Below the pieces are notes generated by a model, which was given only the letters and a program-made list of their open reading frames with translations, searched no databases and was not told the origin of the DNA. Made by a program: the position numbers and the translations under genes. From Fidelibacterota bacterium (GTDB lineage Bacteria; Fidelibacterota; Marinisomatia; Marinisomatales; Marinisomataceae), in the NCBI GenBank assembly GCA_965212055.1, contig OZ243041.1, forward strand, positions 800,001 to 864,000: a stretch of DNA of 64,000 bases, given 5' to 3'. Shown here one piece after another: positions 9,010-22,765 of this stretch (its first letter is position 1; every line of letters begins with the position of its first letter).

Positions 9010-12000
9010 GTTGATATCCTTTTTCTATATAAGACGCTAATTTTTTGAATTTAATCTCTATTTCATCTCCATTAGAATTTCGTACCTTGATTTTTTGATT
9101 TCTACCTATTTTTTCTTCCGAATTCACTTTTGGTATATTAACAATATCTTGGTTTTTAGATGGTTCATCAACAGAAGGAGGAACACTTTCTACATCTGCA
9201 GGAGGAATACTTTCTACATCTGGATGGCTTAAATTAATGTTTTTTTCTAATGGATTTTTCTGTTGTTGGTTAGACGAATCTTGTATTTGTGCATGGAATA
9301 TCCTCTGTATAACAGAGCTTTGTAAATTAATCATTAATTCTTGAAAGAAAGTATAAGCTTCAGACTTATACTCTATCAAAGGATTTTTCTGACCAAATGC
9401 TCTTAAACCAATTCCTTCTCTTAATTGATCCATTGCAAGTAGATGATTTCTCCATTTTTCATCAATTGTTCTTAAAACAATAAATTTTTCTAGTTTTCTG
9501 AGAAGTTCTAATGGAATTAATTGTTCTTTCTCTGTGTAATAATCCATTGCAAGATTATATACTGTTTCTATAATTTTTTCTTTATCCTGACTATCTTTTA
9601 AACTTGATTCATCAATCTCAATTAACAAATGAGACATTAAATCTTGATTCAAGGCTTGCCAGTCCCAACTTTTAATATCTTTTATATCAAGATTATCAAA
9701 GATATTATAAACAAAATCATAGATAAATTCTTCTACTGATGGTTTAATTGATTCTGAAAGTAATGCTTTGTTTCTTAGATCATAAATTATCTCACGTTGT
9801 TGATTTAAAACATCATCATATTCTAATAGGTGTTTTCTAATACCAAAGTTTCTTTCTTCTACTTTTTTCTGTGCATTACTAACGGCTCGGTTTAATAATC
9901 CAGCACTTAATTCTTGGTCTTCGTCATATGACATTCGATCCATCACTCCTGCAACAGCATCCATATTAAATAATCGCATTAAATCATCTTCTAAAGAAAC
10001 ATAAAATTTAGATGACCCATTATCTCCTTGCCTCCCAGATCTACCGCGTAATTGTAAATCAATACGTCTAGATTCATGCCTAGAAGTACCAATAATGTGT
10101 AAACCGCCAAGTTTTTCTACACCAGATCCTAATTTAATGTCAGTACCTCTTCCAGCCATATTTGTTGCAATAGTAATTGCTTTTTTCAAACCAGCATTTG
10201 CTACGATCTCGGCTTCGCTTTGGTGTTGTTTAGCATTTAACACATTATGAGGAATACCTTTTTGTTTTAACATTTTTGATAATAACTCTGAGACTTCAAC
10301 CGAAATTGTACCAATTAATACTGGCTGACCATTTTTAAAATAATCAGAGACTTCGTTAATGACTGCTTTATACTTTGCACGTTTATTCTTATAGATTGCA
10401 TCATCATTATCTTTTCTTATAATTGGTTTGTGAGTTGGAATAACAGTAACTCCAAGATTATAAATTTTTTCAAATTCAGCAGCTTCAGTATCTGCAGTAC
10501 CAGTCATACCAGATAATTTATCATACATTCTAAAATAATTTTGTATTGTTATCGAAGCTAATGTTTGGGTTTCTTTTTCAATTTTTACATTTTCTTTTGC
10601 TTCTAAAGCTTGATGAAGTCCCCCGCTAAATCGTCTACCTGGAAGTATTCTACCGGTAAATTCATCAACAATTAAGACTTGGCCATTTTGAACAACATAT
10701 TCTACATCTTTAGTAAATAATGTATAGGCTTTTAGCAATTGGTTTAGATAATGAATTTTACTGCTTCTTTGTGAATGTAATTGATAGGATTTCTCTTTGT
10801 TTAATTTCTTTTGACTATCAGACAATGAACTATCATCATCAATGTCACTTAACATTTCTCCTAAATCAGGAATTGTAAAAGTTTCTGGATTATCAGGAGA
10901 CAGAGATTCTCTACCTTTATCAGATAAATCAACACTATTAGAATGCTCATCTATAGCAAAATAAAGATCTTCATCAAGTTCATGTAATTTCTTTTCAGCG
11001 ATATATCCAGATTCAACACTATTGGCTAATTTTAAATTACCCTGTTCTTGAAATAGTTTTTGTAACATTCTGTGTTTCGGTAATCCTCTCTTGGCCTTTA
11101 ATAATAATGTACCGGCATGATTTAAATCTTCCTGAGATGGTTTTTCTAATTTTAAACAATCTTCAGCTTTTCTTACGAGTTCAGAGACTAATTGATTCTG
11201 TTGATGAACTAAAGATTGTACTGGACGACGTAAATCTATGTAAGACTGATTAATTGTTGTCTCTACAGGCCCAGAAATTATTAATGGAGTCCTAGCTTCA
11301 TCTATTAATACACTATCTACTTCATCTATTACTGCATAATGATGTAATCTTTGTACTAAATGTTCAGAATCAATCGTCATATTATCTCTTAAATAATCAA
11401 ATCCAAATTCATTATTAGTCCCATAAGTCACATCACAGTTATAGGCTTTTTTTCTTTCTTCTGGAGTCATCGAATTCAATATATATCCAACTGACATTCC
11501 TAAAGTTTCAAATACTTTACCCATCCATTCTGCATCACGTTGTGCTAGATAATCATTAACTGTAACAACATGAACTCCTCTTCCAGAAAGTGCATTTAAA
11601 TAAATAGGCATAGTAGCTACTAGAGTTTTTCCTTCTCCAGTTTTCATTTCAGATATCTTTCCTTGATGCAATACAACTCCTCCAACCAACTGTTCATCAT
11701 AAGGAATCATTTCCCAATCAATATTTTGCCCAACAACATCCCATTTTTTTCCGCACAGAAGTCGACATGCATGTTTTACTAAAGCAAAGGCTTCAGGTAA
11801 AACATTAGATAAAATGTTGTTTTCAATTTCTTTTCTTATCTTTTGTATTTCTTTTTTGTCTTCTAAGTTTTCTAGTTGTTTAGTTTCTTGTTCAGAAATC
11901 TTCTTGATAACTTCATCTCGTAATTCTTTAGTTCTTTTAATAAGATAATCTTCATTTTTATCGTTAAGAGTATCATAGATTGAATTTATATCTTGAATTA

Positions 12001-12064
12001 GAGGAGAAATTTTCTTGATTTCTCTACCAGATTTAGTACCAAATATTTTTGTTAAAAAACTCAT
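8999..12064 (-). CDS. secA: Preprotein translocase ATPase SecA
   Basis: EMKTGEGKT, DEVDSVLIDEARTPLIISG, ATNMAGRGTDI, QLRGRSGRQGD. Confidence 0.98.
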   Translation of the reverse strand: MSFLTKIFGTKSGREIKKISPLIQDINSIYDTLNDKNEDYLIKRTKELRDEVIKKISEQETKQLENLEDKKEIQKIRKEIENNILSNVLPEAFALVKHACRLLCGKKWDVVGQNIDWEMIPYDEQLVGGVVLHQGKISEMKTGEGKTLVATMPIYLNALSGRGVHVVTVNDYLAQRDAEWMGKVFETLGMSVGYILNSMTPEERKKAYNCDVTYGTNNEFGFDYLRDNMTIDSEHLVQRLHHYAVIDEVDSVLIDEARTPLIISGPVETTINQSYIDLRRPVQSLVHQQNQLVSELVRKAEDCLKLEKPSQEDLNHAGTLLLKAKRGLPKHRMLQKLFQEQGNLKLANSVESGYIAEKKLHELDEDLYFAIDEHSNSVDLSDKGRESLSPDNPETFTIPDLGEMLSDIDDDSSLSDSQKKLNKEKSYQLHSQRSSKIHYLNQLLKAYTLFTKDVEYVVQNGQVLIVDEFTGRILPGRRFSGGLHQALEAKENVKIEKETQTLASITIQNYFRMYDKLSGMTGTADTEAAEFEKIYNLGVTVIPTHKPIIRKDNDDAIYKNKRAKYKAVINEVSDYFKNGQPVLIGTISVEVSELLSKMLKQKGIPHNVLNAKQHQSEAEIVANAGLKKAITIATNMAGRGTDIKLGSGVEKLGGLHIIGTSRHESRRIDLQLRGRSGRQGDNGSSKFYVSLEDDLMRLFNMDAVAGVMDRMSYDEDQELSAGLLNRAVSNAQKKVEERNFGIRKHLLEYDDVLNQQREIIYDLRNKALLSESIKPSVEEFIYDFVYNIFDNLDIKDIKSWDWQALNQDLMSHLLIEIDESSLKDSQDKEKIIETVYNLAMDYYTEKEQLIPLELLRKLEKFIVLRTIDEKWRNHLLAMDQLREGIGLRAFGQKNPLIEYKSEAYTFFQELMINLQSSVIQRIFHAQIQDSSNQQQKNPLEKNINLSHPDVESIPPADVESVPPSVDEPSKNQDIVNIPKVNSEEKIGRNQKIKVRNSNGDEIEIKFKKLASYIEKGYQRVE
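9176..9223. repeat. Imperfect 24-bp tandem duplication in the SecA C-terminal linker
   Basis: aggaggaacactttctacatctgc / aggaggaatactttctacatctgg (22/24 identical), encoding PDVESIPP-ADVESVPP. Confidence 0.9.
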
Positions 12065-12068
12065 GTTT

Positions 12069-12485
12069 TTATAATGTTTTATAGATGGAATCTAATACAC
12101 CATTTACAAAAGCAGTACTATCTTCAGAGCTAAATTTTTTTGCATTTTCAATTGCCGAACTAATTGTAACGCGATAAGGGATTTCATATTGTTTCATAAA
12201 TAACATTTCAGAAATTGACATTTGCATAATTAATCTATCTATAACATTGATTCTTTCAAGATCCCAATTTTCTAATGAATTTTCAATTTTTTGATCTAAC
12301 ATTTCGTTATTATCTATAGTTTTTTGAAATAATTCGTTAACAAATTCTTTGGTAAGATTATCAAAATTATATCGATTATTAATATCGCGAAGTACCTTAT
12401 TTTGATCTTCGCTGGATAAATATTTCGCATATAACGCCTGCAATACTGCTTCTCTTGCTTTTTTTCGTTGTTGTTTTTCACCCAT
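12069..12485 (-). CDS. nusB: Transcription antitermination factor NusB
   Basis: RKKAREAVLQALY, NWDLERINVIDR, FVNGVLD. Confidence 0.95.
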   Translation of the reverse strand: MGEKQQRKKAREAVLQALYAKYLSSEDQNKVLRDINNRYNFDNLTKEFVNELFQKTIDNNEMLDQKIENSLENWDLERINVIDRLIMQMSISEMLFMKQYEIPYRVTISSAIENAKKFSSEDSTAFVNGVLDSIYKTL

Positions 12486-12494
12486 ATAAATTTA

Positions 12495-13568
12495 TTATTT
12501 CATCCATTTATGATTCCATTTAACAAATTCACTGATTCTTCTTTCAGCAAGATGATTGGCTGCTTCAAGGGTAGATATATCATTTGCAATTGCATAATCA
12601 AAAATTCTCATCAAAATGTGGTATATACCTTCAACTTGGTAGCGAGCTTTTTCTTGATTATAACCTTGAAGCTCATTTGCAACGTTCATTAATCCACCAG
12701 CATTAATTACATAATCTGGTACATACATAATTCCTTTTTTTAATAATAATTTTGAATCTCTGGTTTCTTTTTCTAATTGATTATTTGCAGCGCCAGCAAT
12801 AATAGAACATTTCAAAGTTTTAATAGAATTAGGATTAACGATTGCTCCTAATGCACAAGGTGAAAAAATATCCAAGTCCATAGATAATAACTCATCATTA
12901 GATACAGGAATAAGACCAAAATCTTCAGTAGCTCTATTTAATTTATCTTTATCAACATCATAACCATAAATTTCTGCTCCGCCATCTTTGAGATGATTGC
13001 ATAAATAGTATCCAACCTTCCCTAACCCTTGAATACCAACTTTTAAACCTTTTATATTGAGAATATTAAGTTTTTTCTTTAACGCAGCTTGCATTCCAAT
13101 GTAAAGACCAAGTGCAGTTAATATTGAAGGATCTCCACTACCTCCCATTGCTCTTTTGATTCCAGTAACATGTTTAGTTTCCATTCTTATATATTCCATA
13201 TCATGTACAGACATTCCTACATCTTCTGCTGTAATATATTTTCCATTTAAACTATCAACAAATTTCCCAAATGATCGTAATAATACTTCTGATTTATCGT
13301 TTTCAGGATCTGCGATAATAACCGCTTTGCCTCCTCCTAAGTTTAAATTTGCAATCGATGCTTTATAAGTCATGCCTCTTGACAGTCGTAATACATCAAC
13401 TAGAGCGTCTTCTTCATTTTTGTAAGGATACATTCTACATCCACCTAGTGCAGGACCTAATGCAGTACTATGTATTGCAATAATTGCTCTTAATCCAGAA
13501 CTTGGATCATTACAATAGACAACCTGTTCGTGATTTCTTTCAGAGATAGTTTCAAATACTTTTGTCAT
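12495..13568 (-). CDS. ldh: Leucine dehydrogenase (Glu/Leu/Phe/Val dehydrogenase family)
   Basis: GPALGGCRM, LSRGMTYK, GGGKAVI, YITAEDVG, GAANNQL, PDYVINAGG. Confidence 0.92.
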   Translation of the reverse strand: MTKVFETISERNHEQVVYCNDPSSGLRAIIAIHSTALGPALGGCRMYPYKNEEDALVDVLRLSRGMTYKASIANLNLGGGKAVIIADPENDKSEVLLRSFGKFVDSLNGKYITAEDVGMSVHDMEYIRMETKHVTGIKRAMGGSGDPSILTALGLYIGMQAALKKKLNILNIKGLKVGIQGLGKVGYYLCNHLKDGGAEIYGYDVDKDKLNRATEDFGLIPVSNDELLSMDLDIFSPCALGAIVNPNSIKTLKCSIIAGAANNQLEKETRDSKLLLKKGIMYVPDYVINAGGLMNVANELQGYNQEKARYQVEGIYHILMRIFDYAIANDISTLEAANHLAERRISEFVKWNHKWMK

Positions 13569-13580
13569 AATTTATTTTTT

Positions 13581-14516
13581 CTATTTTTTTAACTTTGAAT
13601 AGGCATTAATTATATCTTTGACTATTTCGTGCCTTGTTACATCTCTTTCATCTAATTTAATAATTCCGATACTTTTGATATTTTTTAAAATCCTTAAAAC
13701 TTCGACTAGACCAGAATTAATTTTCTTTGGCAAATCAATTTGGGATATATCACCTGTAATAACTGCTTTAGATTCAATTCCTAGTCTTGTTAAAAACATC
13801 TTCATCTGTATAGGAGAAGCATTCTGTGCTTCATCCAATATCATTGCTGCTCTATTAATTGTTCTACCTCGCATATATGCCAAAGGAATGATTTCTATAA
13901 TCTTATTATTAATCAAAGTTTGAACTTTGTTTTTTGGAAGCAAATCATTCAGTGCATCATAAAGAGGTGCAAGATATGGATCAATCTTGTCGCGTAAATC
14001 TCCAGGTAGAAATCCTAGATTTTCACCAGCTTCTACCGCTGGTCTACATAACACAATTTTGTCAATTTCATGTTTTTCTAGCAAAGATATAGCATATGCT
14101 ACAGCTAGAAAAGTTTTTCCAGTACCTGCTGGTCCAACTGAAATCACAATCTCATTTTCAAAAAATGCCTTTAATAAGTTCTTTTGCCCAATGCTTCTAG
14201 CATATACTGGACCTTTTTTGCCATAAAATAAAACGTCATCAATATTATTCTTAGGATTTAAGTCCTTCACATTCATTGCCAATAACTGTTTGACATCTTG
14301 AGTACTTATATTATTACCTTTTTTAACAGATTCTATCATATGGCTTAATACTACTGAAAAGTCTTCGATATCTTTTTTTAGACCTTTACAAAAAAGATTA
14401 TCACCACGTATATCAATACTAACAGGAAGATATTGTTCAATAAAGGTGATATTTTGATCGCTAATACCATATAGAGAAATAAGATCTATGCCTTTTATCT
14501 CAAACGTCTTTTTCAT
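13581..14516 (-). CDS. phoH: PhoH family protein (YbeZ-like)
   Basis: GPAGTGKT, RPAVEAGENLGFLPG, LAYMRGRT, DEAQN. Confidence 0.93.
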   Translation of the reverse strand: MKKTFEIKGIDLISLYGISDQNITFIEQYLPVSIDIRGDNLFCKGLKKDIEDFSVVLSHMIESVKKGNNISTQDVKQLLAMNVKDLNPKNNIDDVLFYGKKGPVYARSIGQKNLLKAFFENEIVISVGPAGTGKTFLAVAYAISLLEKHEIDKIVLCRPAVEAGENLGFLPGDLRDKIDPYLAPLYDALNDLLPKNKVQTLINNKIIEIIPLAYMRGRTINRAAMILDEAQNASPIQMKMFLTRLGIESKAVITGDISQIDLPKKINSGLVEVLRILKNIKSIGIIKLDERDVTRHEIVKDIINAYSKLKK

Positions 14517-16254
14517 TTTTCTTAATAGCTATGTTTAAATCATTTAATTGGGTTTTAGAAATAGTATTTGGAGCATCTTCCATAAGAGCAGATGCAGATG
14601 TAGTTTTTGGAAAAGCAATAACATCTCTAATGTTGTTCACTCCACACAATAACATAACTAATCTATCAAGTCCAAATGCAATGCCTCCATGTGGAGGAGT
14701 TCCAAATTTGAGAGCATCAATGAAAAAACCAAATTTGTCATTAATCTCTTTTTTGGTGATATTCATAATTTCAAAAATTTGTTTCTGTATTTTATCATCA
14801 TGAATCCTAATAGATCCCCCTGCAACTTCATAGCCATTGATTACAATATCATAACCTTTAGAAAGCACTTTCTCTGGATTTGAAAGCAACTTTTTTATAT
14901 CACTATCTTTTGGAGCTGTAAAAGGATGATTTACTGATTCAAAACGTTTTTGATTTTCATCCCATTTAAATAGCGGAAAATCAACAATCCATACTGGTTT
15001 AAATATTGTATTATCACAAAGATTAAGCATCTGTGCAATTTTTGTTCTTACCAATCCTAAAACTTTTAAAGCAAGTTGAGAATTATCACCCACTATAAGA
15101 CATATAGAATTATTTTTTAGTTTGTAATTTGATATAATTTTAGACTGAAGATTTTGATTAAAGAATTTGGAAATTCCTCCTTCTAAATTCTTTCCATTAC
15201 ACTTCATCCAAGCTAAACCTTTTGCTCCAATTGATTTAGCATAATCATCTAATTCATCAATGATTTTTCTAGAAAAGTGACTTGAATCATCAACAGATAA
15301 CATTGTTACATATTTAAGACCCTTAAAAGACTTGAAATCAGATTGATCCGAGAATTTTTTAAAGCTATTTAATTCCATCTTATATCTAAGATCAGGTTTA
15401 TCAGTACCATATTTATTTATTGAATCATGATAAGATAAGACTGGAAATGGTTTTTTGATTGTTACATTATTAACCTTTTTAAATACAGTTGTAATTAAAT
15501 CTTCCACAAGATTTCTTACGTCTGGTTCATCAACAAAACTCATTTCAAGATCAATTTGTGTGAATTCAGGTTGTCTATCTGATCTTAAATCTTCATCTCT
15601 AAAACATTTAACAATTTGAAAATATTTATCAAGTCCAGAAATCATAAACAATTGTTTATACATTTGAGGAGATTGTGGAAGTGCATAGAATTTTCCATGA
15701 TGAATTCTACTAGGAACTAGATAATCTCTTGCTCCTTCTGGGGTAGATTTCATTAATACAGGAGTTTCAATCTCTATAAAGTCTTTTTTTGAAAGAAAAT
15801 TTCTTACAACCTGAGCTGCATTATGTCTTTTTATTAAATTGTTCTGTAAAGTTTTATTTCTTAATTCAAGATAGCGATATTTTAATCTATGTTCTTCAGT
15901 TGAAGCTTCCCTGTCATGTATAGGCACTGGAAGTGGATTAGAAATGCTTAATATATGTAATTCATTGGCTATAACTTCAATTTCTCCTGTTGAAATATCT
16001 TTATTAACAAAATCCTTTGTTCTAGCATTTACTTTACCAGAAATAGTAATTACATCTTCATTTGATAATGAATTTCCTTTATTAATTAAATCTTTTTTAT
16101 CAAGTATTATCTGAGTTTTTCCATATCGATCTCTAATATCAATAAAGATTATCTTTCCATGAGTACGTAGAGAATTAACCCAACCACAAAGTGTAACACT
16201 AGAATTAATATGAGTCTTGTTTAATTCACCACAATTATGTGTTCTAGAAGGCAT
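14500..16254 (-). CDS. aspS: Aspartate--tRNA ligase (possibly non-discriminating)
   Basis: RTHNCGEL, STPEGARDY, LPQSPQ, FRDEDLRSDRQPEFTQID, GTPPHGGIAFGLDR. Confidence 0.97.
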   Translation of the reverse strand: MPSRTHNCGELNKTHINSSVTLCGWVNSLRTHGKIIFIDIRDRYGKTQIILDKKDLINKGNSLSNEDVITISGKVNARTKDFVNKDISTGEIEVIANELHILSISNPLPVPIHDREASTEEHRLKYRYLELRNKTLQNNLIKRHNAAQVVRNFLSKKDFIEIETPVLMKSTPEGARDYLVPSRIHHGKFYALPQSPQMYKQLFMISGLDKYFQIVKCFRDEDLRSDRQPEFTQIDLEMSFVDEPDVRNLVEDLITTVFKKVNNVTIKKPFPVLSYHDSINKYGTDKPDLRYKMELNSFKKFSDQSDFKSFKGLKYVTMLSVDDSSHFSRKIIDELDDYAKSIGAKGLAWMKCNGKNLEGGISKFFNQNLQSKIISNYKLKNNSICLIVGDNSQLALKVLGLVRTKIAQMLNLCDNTIFKPVWIVDFPLFKWDENQKRFESVNHPFTAPKDSDIKKLLSNPEKVLSKGYDIVINGYEVAGGSIRIHDDKIQKQIFEIMNITKKEINDKFGFFIDALKFGTPPHGGIAFGLDRLVMLLCGVNNIRDVIAFPKTTSASALMEDAPNTISKTQLNDLNIAIKKNEKDV

Positions 16255-16272
16255 ATATTTTTAATCTAATAA

Positions 16273-17954
<1,682 letters not shown>

Positions 17955-18812
17955 TTAATCTGCTAATGCTTCTGCCCCACCAACAATTTCTAACATCTCT
18001 GTTGTAATTGCTGCTTGACGCGCCTTGTTAAATTCTAATTTTAATTCTTTAATTATTTCTTTAGCGTTTTCTGTTGCATTATCCATCGCTATCATTCTAG
18101 CAGCCTCTTCACTGCTATATGATTCCAACATTTGTTGCCACATTTGTACTTTAACATGCTTTGGCATTAATGTTTGGATAGTTGATTCTCGACTTGGTTC
18201 ATAATCATAATTATAATTTTTAACATTATAATCTTTTGTGAAATCAATTGGTAGAACCTTCTCCATCATTAAGTCTTGAGATGCCAGACTTTTAAATCTA
18301 TTATAAATCACATTCACTTCATCAACTTCACCGCTAGTAAATGACTCAATAAATACATTTGCAATATCCGATGCAGTAGAAAAATTCATATCTTTCCAAA
18401 AGTCATAGAATGATTCTTTAACCTTATATTTTCTATTAGAAAAATATTCTGATGCCTTTTTGCCTAAGCAAAATAATTGAACTTTTTCTTTACCAATTTT
18501 TTCAATTTCCTTTTCAGCCAACCTAATGACGCTAGAATTAAAAGAACCAGCAAAACCTCTATCGCTTGTAATAACAATTAATCCTTTATTTTTGATCTCT
18601 CTTTTCTCAATCAAATCAACATTTGAGGAAGATATTTCAGGTAGAATTCTGCAAATCAAATCTTGCACATTTTTTGAATATGGTCTTGAAATTTCCATTC
18701 TCTCTTGTGCTCTTTTTACTTTAGCAGCTGCAACCATTTTCATAGCTTTAGTTACCTTCTGTAAACTGCCTACAGATTTAATTCGTTGTTGAATGTCTTT
18801 AAGATTAGCCAT
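17955..18812 (-). CDS. atpG: ATP synthase F1 gamma
   Basis: KAMKMVAAAK, SDRGFAGSFN, RQAAITTE. Confidence 0.98.
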   Translation of the reverse strand: MANLKDIQQRIKSVGSLQKVTKAMKMVAAAKVKRAQERMEISRPYSKNVQDLICRILPEISSSNVDLIEKREIKNKGLIVITSDRGFAGSFNSSVIRLAEKEIEKIGKEKVQLFCLGKKASEYFSNRKYKVKESFYDFWKDMNFSTASDIANVFIESFTSGEVDEVNVIYNRFKSLASQDLMMEKVLPIDFTKDYNVKNYNYDYEPSRESTIQTLMPKHVKVQMWQQMLESYSSEEAARMIAMDNATENAKEIIKELKLEFNKARQAAITTEMLEIVGGAEALAD

Positions 18813-18813
18813 T

Positions 18814-20331
18814 TTAAAATGTTTTTTTGAATTCCTCTATTCCTGTATTCATTGCTTTCTCTAAATCATCACTAATATCACCTTCTTGACTAATTTGATC
18901 TAGACAATCAGAATGTTTGGTATGAAAGTATTCAAGCAATCCTACCTCAAACTCTTTTACTCTATCAAGATCAACATCATCTAAATAACCTTTTCCAGCT
19001 GCATAAATAATAACTACTTGATTAGAAATAGACATTGGAACGTATTGGTTTTGTTTTAATATCTCTACCATTCGACGTCCTCTGGTAATTTGTAATGCCG
19101 TTGTTTCATCTAAATCTGAAGCAAATTTTGCAAATGCTTCTAATTCTCTAAATTGAGCTAAATCTAATCTCAATTTACCAGCAATTTTTTTCATCGCTTT
19201 TATTTGAGCATTCCCTCCAACTCTAGAAACCGACAATCCAACATCAACAGCTGGTCTAATACCACCATTGAATAAACTTGTATTGAGATATATTTGTCCA
19301 TCAGTAATGGAAATCACATTTGTTGGAATATACGCAGACACATCTCCTTCTTGTGTTTCAATAATTGGAAGCGCGGTTAATGATCCAGATTTTAAATCTT
19401 TAGCAAGTTTTGATGCTCTTTCAAGAAGTCTGCTGTGTAAATAAAAAACATCACCTGGAAATGCTTCACGTCCTGGAGGTCTTCTCAAAACTAATGACAT
19501 TTGTCTATATGCAACGGCTTGTTTTGATAAATCATCATAGACAATTAATGCATGCATTCCATTGTCTCGATAATATTCACCCATTGCACATCCAGCATAT
19601 GGAGCAATGTATTGAAGCGGTGCAGGATCTGATGCATTAGCAACTACTATTGTTGTATAGTCCATTGCACCATTTGATTCGAGTTCTCCCACTAGTTTTG
19701 CAACAGTTGATGCTTTCTGCCCAATTGCAACATAAATACAATAAACAGGACTATCTGTATCATGTGATGATTTCTGATTGATAATAGTATCTGCCGCAAT
19801 TGCCGATTTACCTGTTTGTCTATCTCCAATAATAAGCTCTCTTTGACCTCTACCAATAGGAATCATGCTATCTATTGCTTTCAACCCTGTTTGTAAAGGT
19901 TCGTTCACAGGAGATCTTGACATTACACCTAAAGCTTTTCTCTCAATTGGGAGTGTTTCTTTTGCATTAATAGGGCCTTTACCATCCATAGGTTGACCTA
20001 AAGGATTTACAACCCTACCTAATAATTTTTCTCCAACAGGAACTTCAGCAACTCTTCCAGTTCTCTTTGCGGTATCTCCTTCTTTGATTAGACTACTATC
20101 TCCGAATAATACAGCTCCTACATTTTCTTTTTCCAAGTTTAATGCCATTCCAAAAACACCATTTGGAAACTCTACGAGTTCAGAACTCATAATATTACCA
20201 AGACCACTTGTTCTAGCAACACCATCTCCAACTTCTAAGACTTCACCTACTTCGTTAATATCAATATCACTATCAATATTTTTTATCTGATTTCGTAATA
20301 AGTCTCCAATTTGATTTGTTTTAATTTCCAT
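18814..20331 (-). CDS. atpA: ATP synthase F1 alpha
   Basis: [31 protein letters not shown]. Confidence 0.99.
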   Translation of the reverse strand: MEIKTNQIGDLLRNQIKNIDSDIDINEVGEVLEVGDGVARTSGLGNIMSSELVEFPNGVFGMALNLEKENVGAVLFGDSSLIKEGDTAKRTGRVAEVPVGEKLLGRVVNPLGQPMDGKGPINAKETLPIERKALGVMSRSPVNEPLQTGLKAIDSMIPIGRGQRELIIGDRQTGKSAIAADTIINQKSSHDTDSPVYCIYVAIGQKASTVAKLVGELESNGAMDYTTIVVANASDPAPLQYIAPYAGCAMGEYYRDNGMHALIVYDDLSKQAVAYRQMSLVLRRPPGREAFPGDVFYLHSRLLERASKLAKDLKSGSLTALPIIETQEGDVSAYIPTNVISITDGQIYLNTSLFNGGIRPAVDVGLSVSRVGGNAQIKAMKKIAGKLRLDLAQFRELEAFAKFASDLDETTALQITRGRRMVEILKQNQYVPMSISNQVVIIYAAGKGYLDDVDLDRVKEFEVGLLEYFHTKHSDCLDQISQEGDISDDLEKAMNTGIEEFKKTF

Positions 20332-20874
20332 TTACACCCCTATTAATTTTAATTTTGCATTTTCTAATTTTGTTTTCAAACTACTATCAAACAACATGTC
20401 ATCTACCTTAATCTTTAATCCACCAATTAAACTCTTATCAACAGAAAAATTAAGATCAATTTCTTTTTTTGTAGCTGTTTTTAATTCTTGTAAAAGATTA
20501 TTTTTAGAATCATCTGCCATATCAAATGATGCAACTACTTCAACATAGGCAACATTTAATTTTTCTTTCGCTAATGAAAGAAAATTTTTATTCACATCTG
20601 ATAACAAATTAATATCATCATTTTCAACCATTACTATAATAATGTCTAACAAATCATTATTCACAACATCACTTAATGCATTTTTAAAGATTCCTACTTT
20701 TTGACTTCTATCAATTGATTTAGATTGTAAAAATGCACTAATTGTTGAATCTTTTTTCATAAGAACTACAAAATCATTCAACATAATTTTGGTTGTTTGA
20801 AATTCTTGAAAATTTGTTACTAGAGAACAAAATGCTTCCGAATATATCTTTATTTTTTTATGATTTTGCTTCAT
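20332..20874 (-). CDS. atpH: ATP synthase F1 delta
   Basis: VDKSLIGGLKIKVDDMLFDSS; operon position. ATG 20874 preferred over the longer ORF. Confidence 0.92.
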   Translation of the reverse strand: MKQNHKKIKIYSEAFCSLVTNFQEFQTTKIMLNDFVVLMKKDSTISAFLQSKSIDRSQKVGIFKNALSDVVNNDLLDIIIVMVENDDINLLSDVNKNFLSLAKEKLNVAYVEVVASFDMADDSKNNLLQELKTATKKEIDLNFSVDKSLIGGLKIKVDDMLFDSSLKTKLENAKLKLIGV

Positions 20875-21367
20875 CAGTATTAATTTCTTTAAGAGATGAT
20901 TGAACAAACTTATTATTATCTTCATCTTTAACATTTCTTTGTAATACCTGAGATGCTAAATCTAAACTTAAATCAACAACTTCTTCTTTTATCTCTTTAA
21001 TGGCTCTTTTCTTTTCAACATCAATCTTCTTTTTAGCATCAAGAACAAATTCATCTGATTTTTGTTTTGCATCATTCAGAATCGTATTAGCAGACTGCTC
21101 AGCTCTTTGTTTGCCATCACTAACGATAGATTTACTTTGATTTTTTGCTTCATTAAGAATTTTTTCTGATTCTTCTCTTACTTGTTCAAGATCTGCCTTG
21201 GCACTTTCTGCCATTGCTAAAGAATCAGAAATTTCTTTCTCTCTTTCATCAATAAAATTAAGTAAAGGTGTCCATGCATATCGTTTTAAGATAAACAAGA
21301 CTAATAAAAAGATTATTATTGACCAGATAAATAAACCTGGATCAATTGTAAACAATGGATTATCCAT
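20858..21367 (-). CDS. atpF: ATP synthase F0 subunit b
   Basis: DPGLFIW N-terminal TM helix, AWTPLL...ERE, then coiled coil. Confidence 0.95.
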   Translation of the reverse strand: MDNPLFTIDPGLFIWSIIIFLLVLFILKRYAWTPLLNFIDEREKEISDSLAMAESAKADLEQVREESEKILNEAKNQSKSIVSDGKQRAEQSANTILNDAKQKSDEFVLDAKKKIDVEKKRAIKEIKEEVVDLSLDLASQVLQRNVKDEDNNKFVQSSLKEINTDEAKS

Positions 21368-21396
21368 ATTTTCCTTTCTTTCTAACTATTAACTAG

Positions 21397-22502
<1,106 letters not shown>

Positions 22503-22555
22503 CGCTTGAACCTAATAAAAAAAAATCAATCTGAAAATAGCAAAAATGTAGATTT

Positions 22556-22765
22556 TTAATCATTTTTTACTATTGAATTATAAATCTGATAAGAACCAAT
22601 TATAATTCCCAGAAAAAGTCCAAAGATAAGTGCATATTTTAGATTAAAATATTTATCCAAAATAAATCCTAATAACCCAAAAAAAATTATTGTTGAAAAA
22701 AAAGCAGTGGAAAGAGAATAATCTTTTGCAAGAATAGAAATAAAAGATTTATTATCTTTTTTCAT
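22556..22765 (-). CDS. AtpZ/AtpI (ATPase gene 1) family small membrane protein
   Basis: Two TM helices, GFILDKYF...GLFLGIIIG; first gene of the atp cluster. Confidence 0.75.
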   Translation of the reverse strand: MKKDNKSFISILAKDYSLSTAFFSTIIFFGLLGFILDKYFNLKYALIFGLFLGIIIGSYQIYNSIVKND

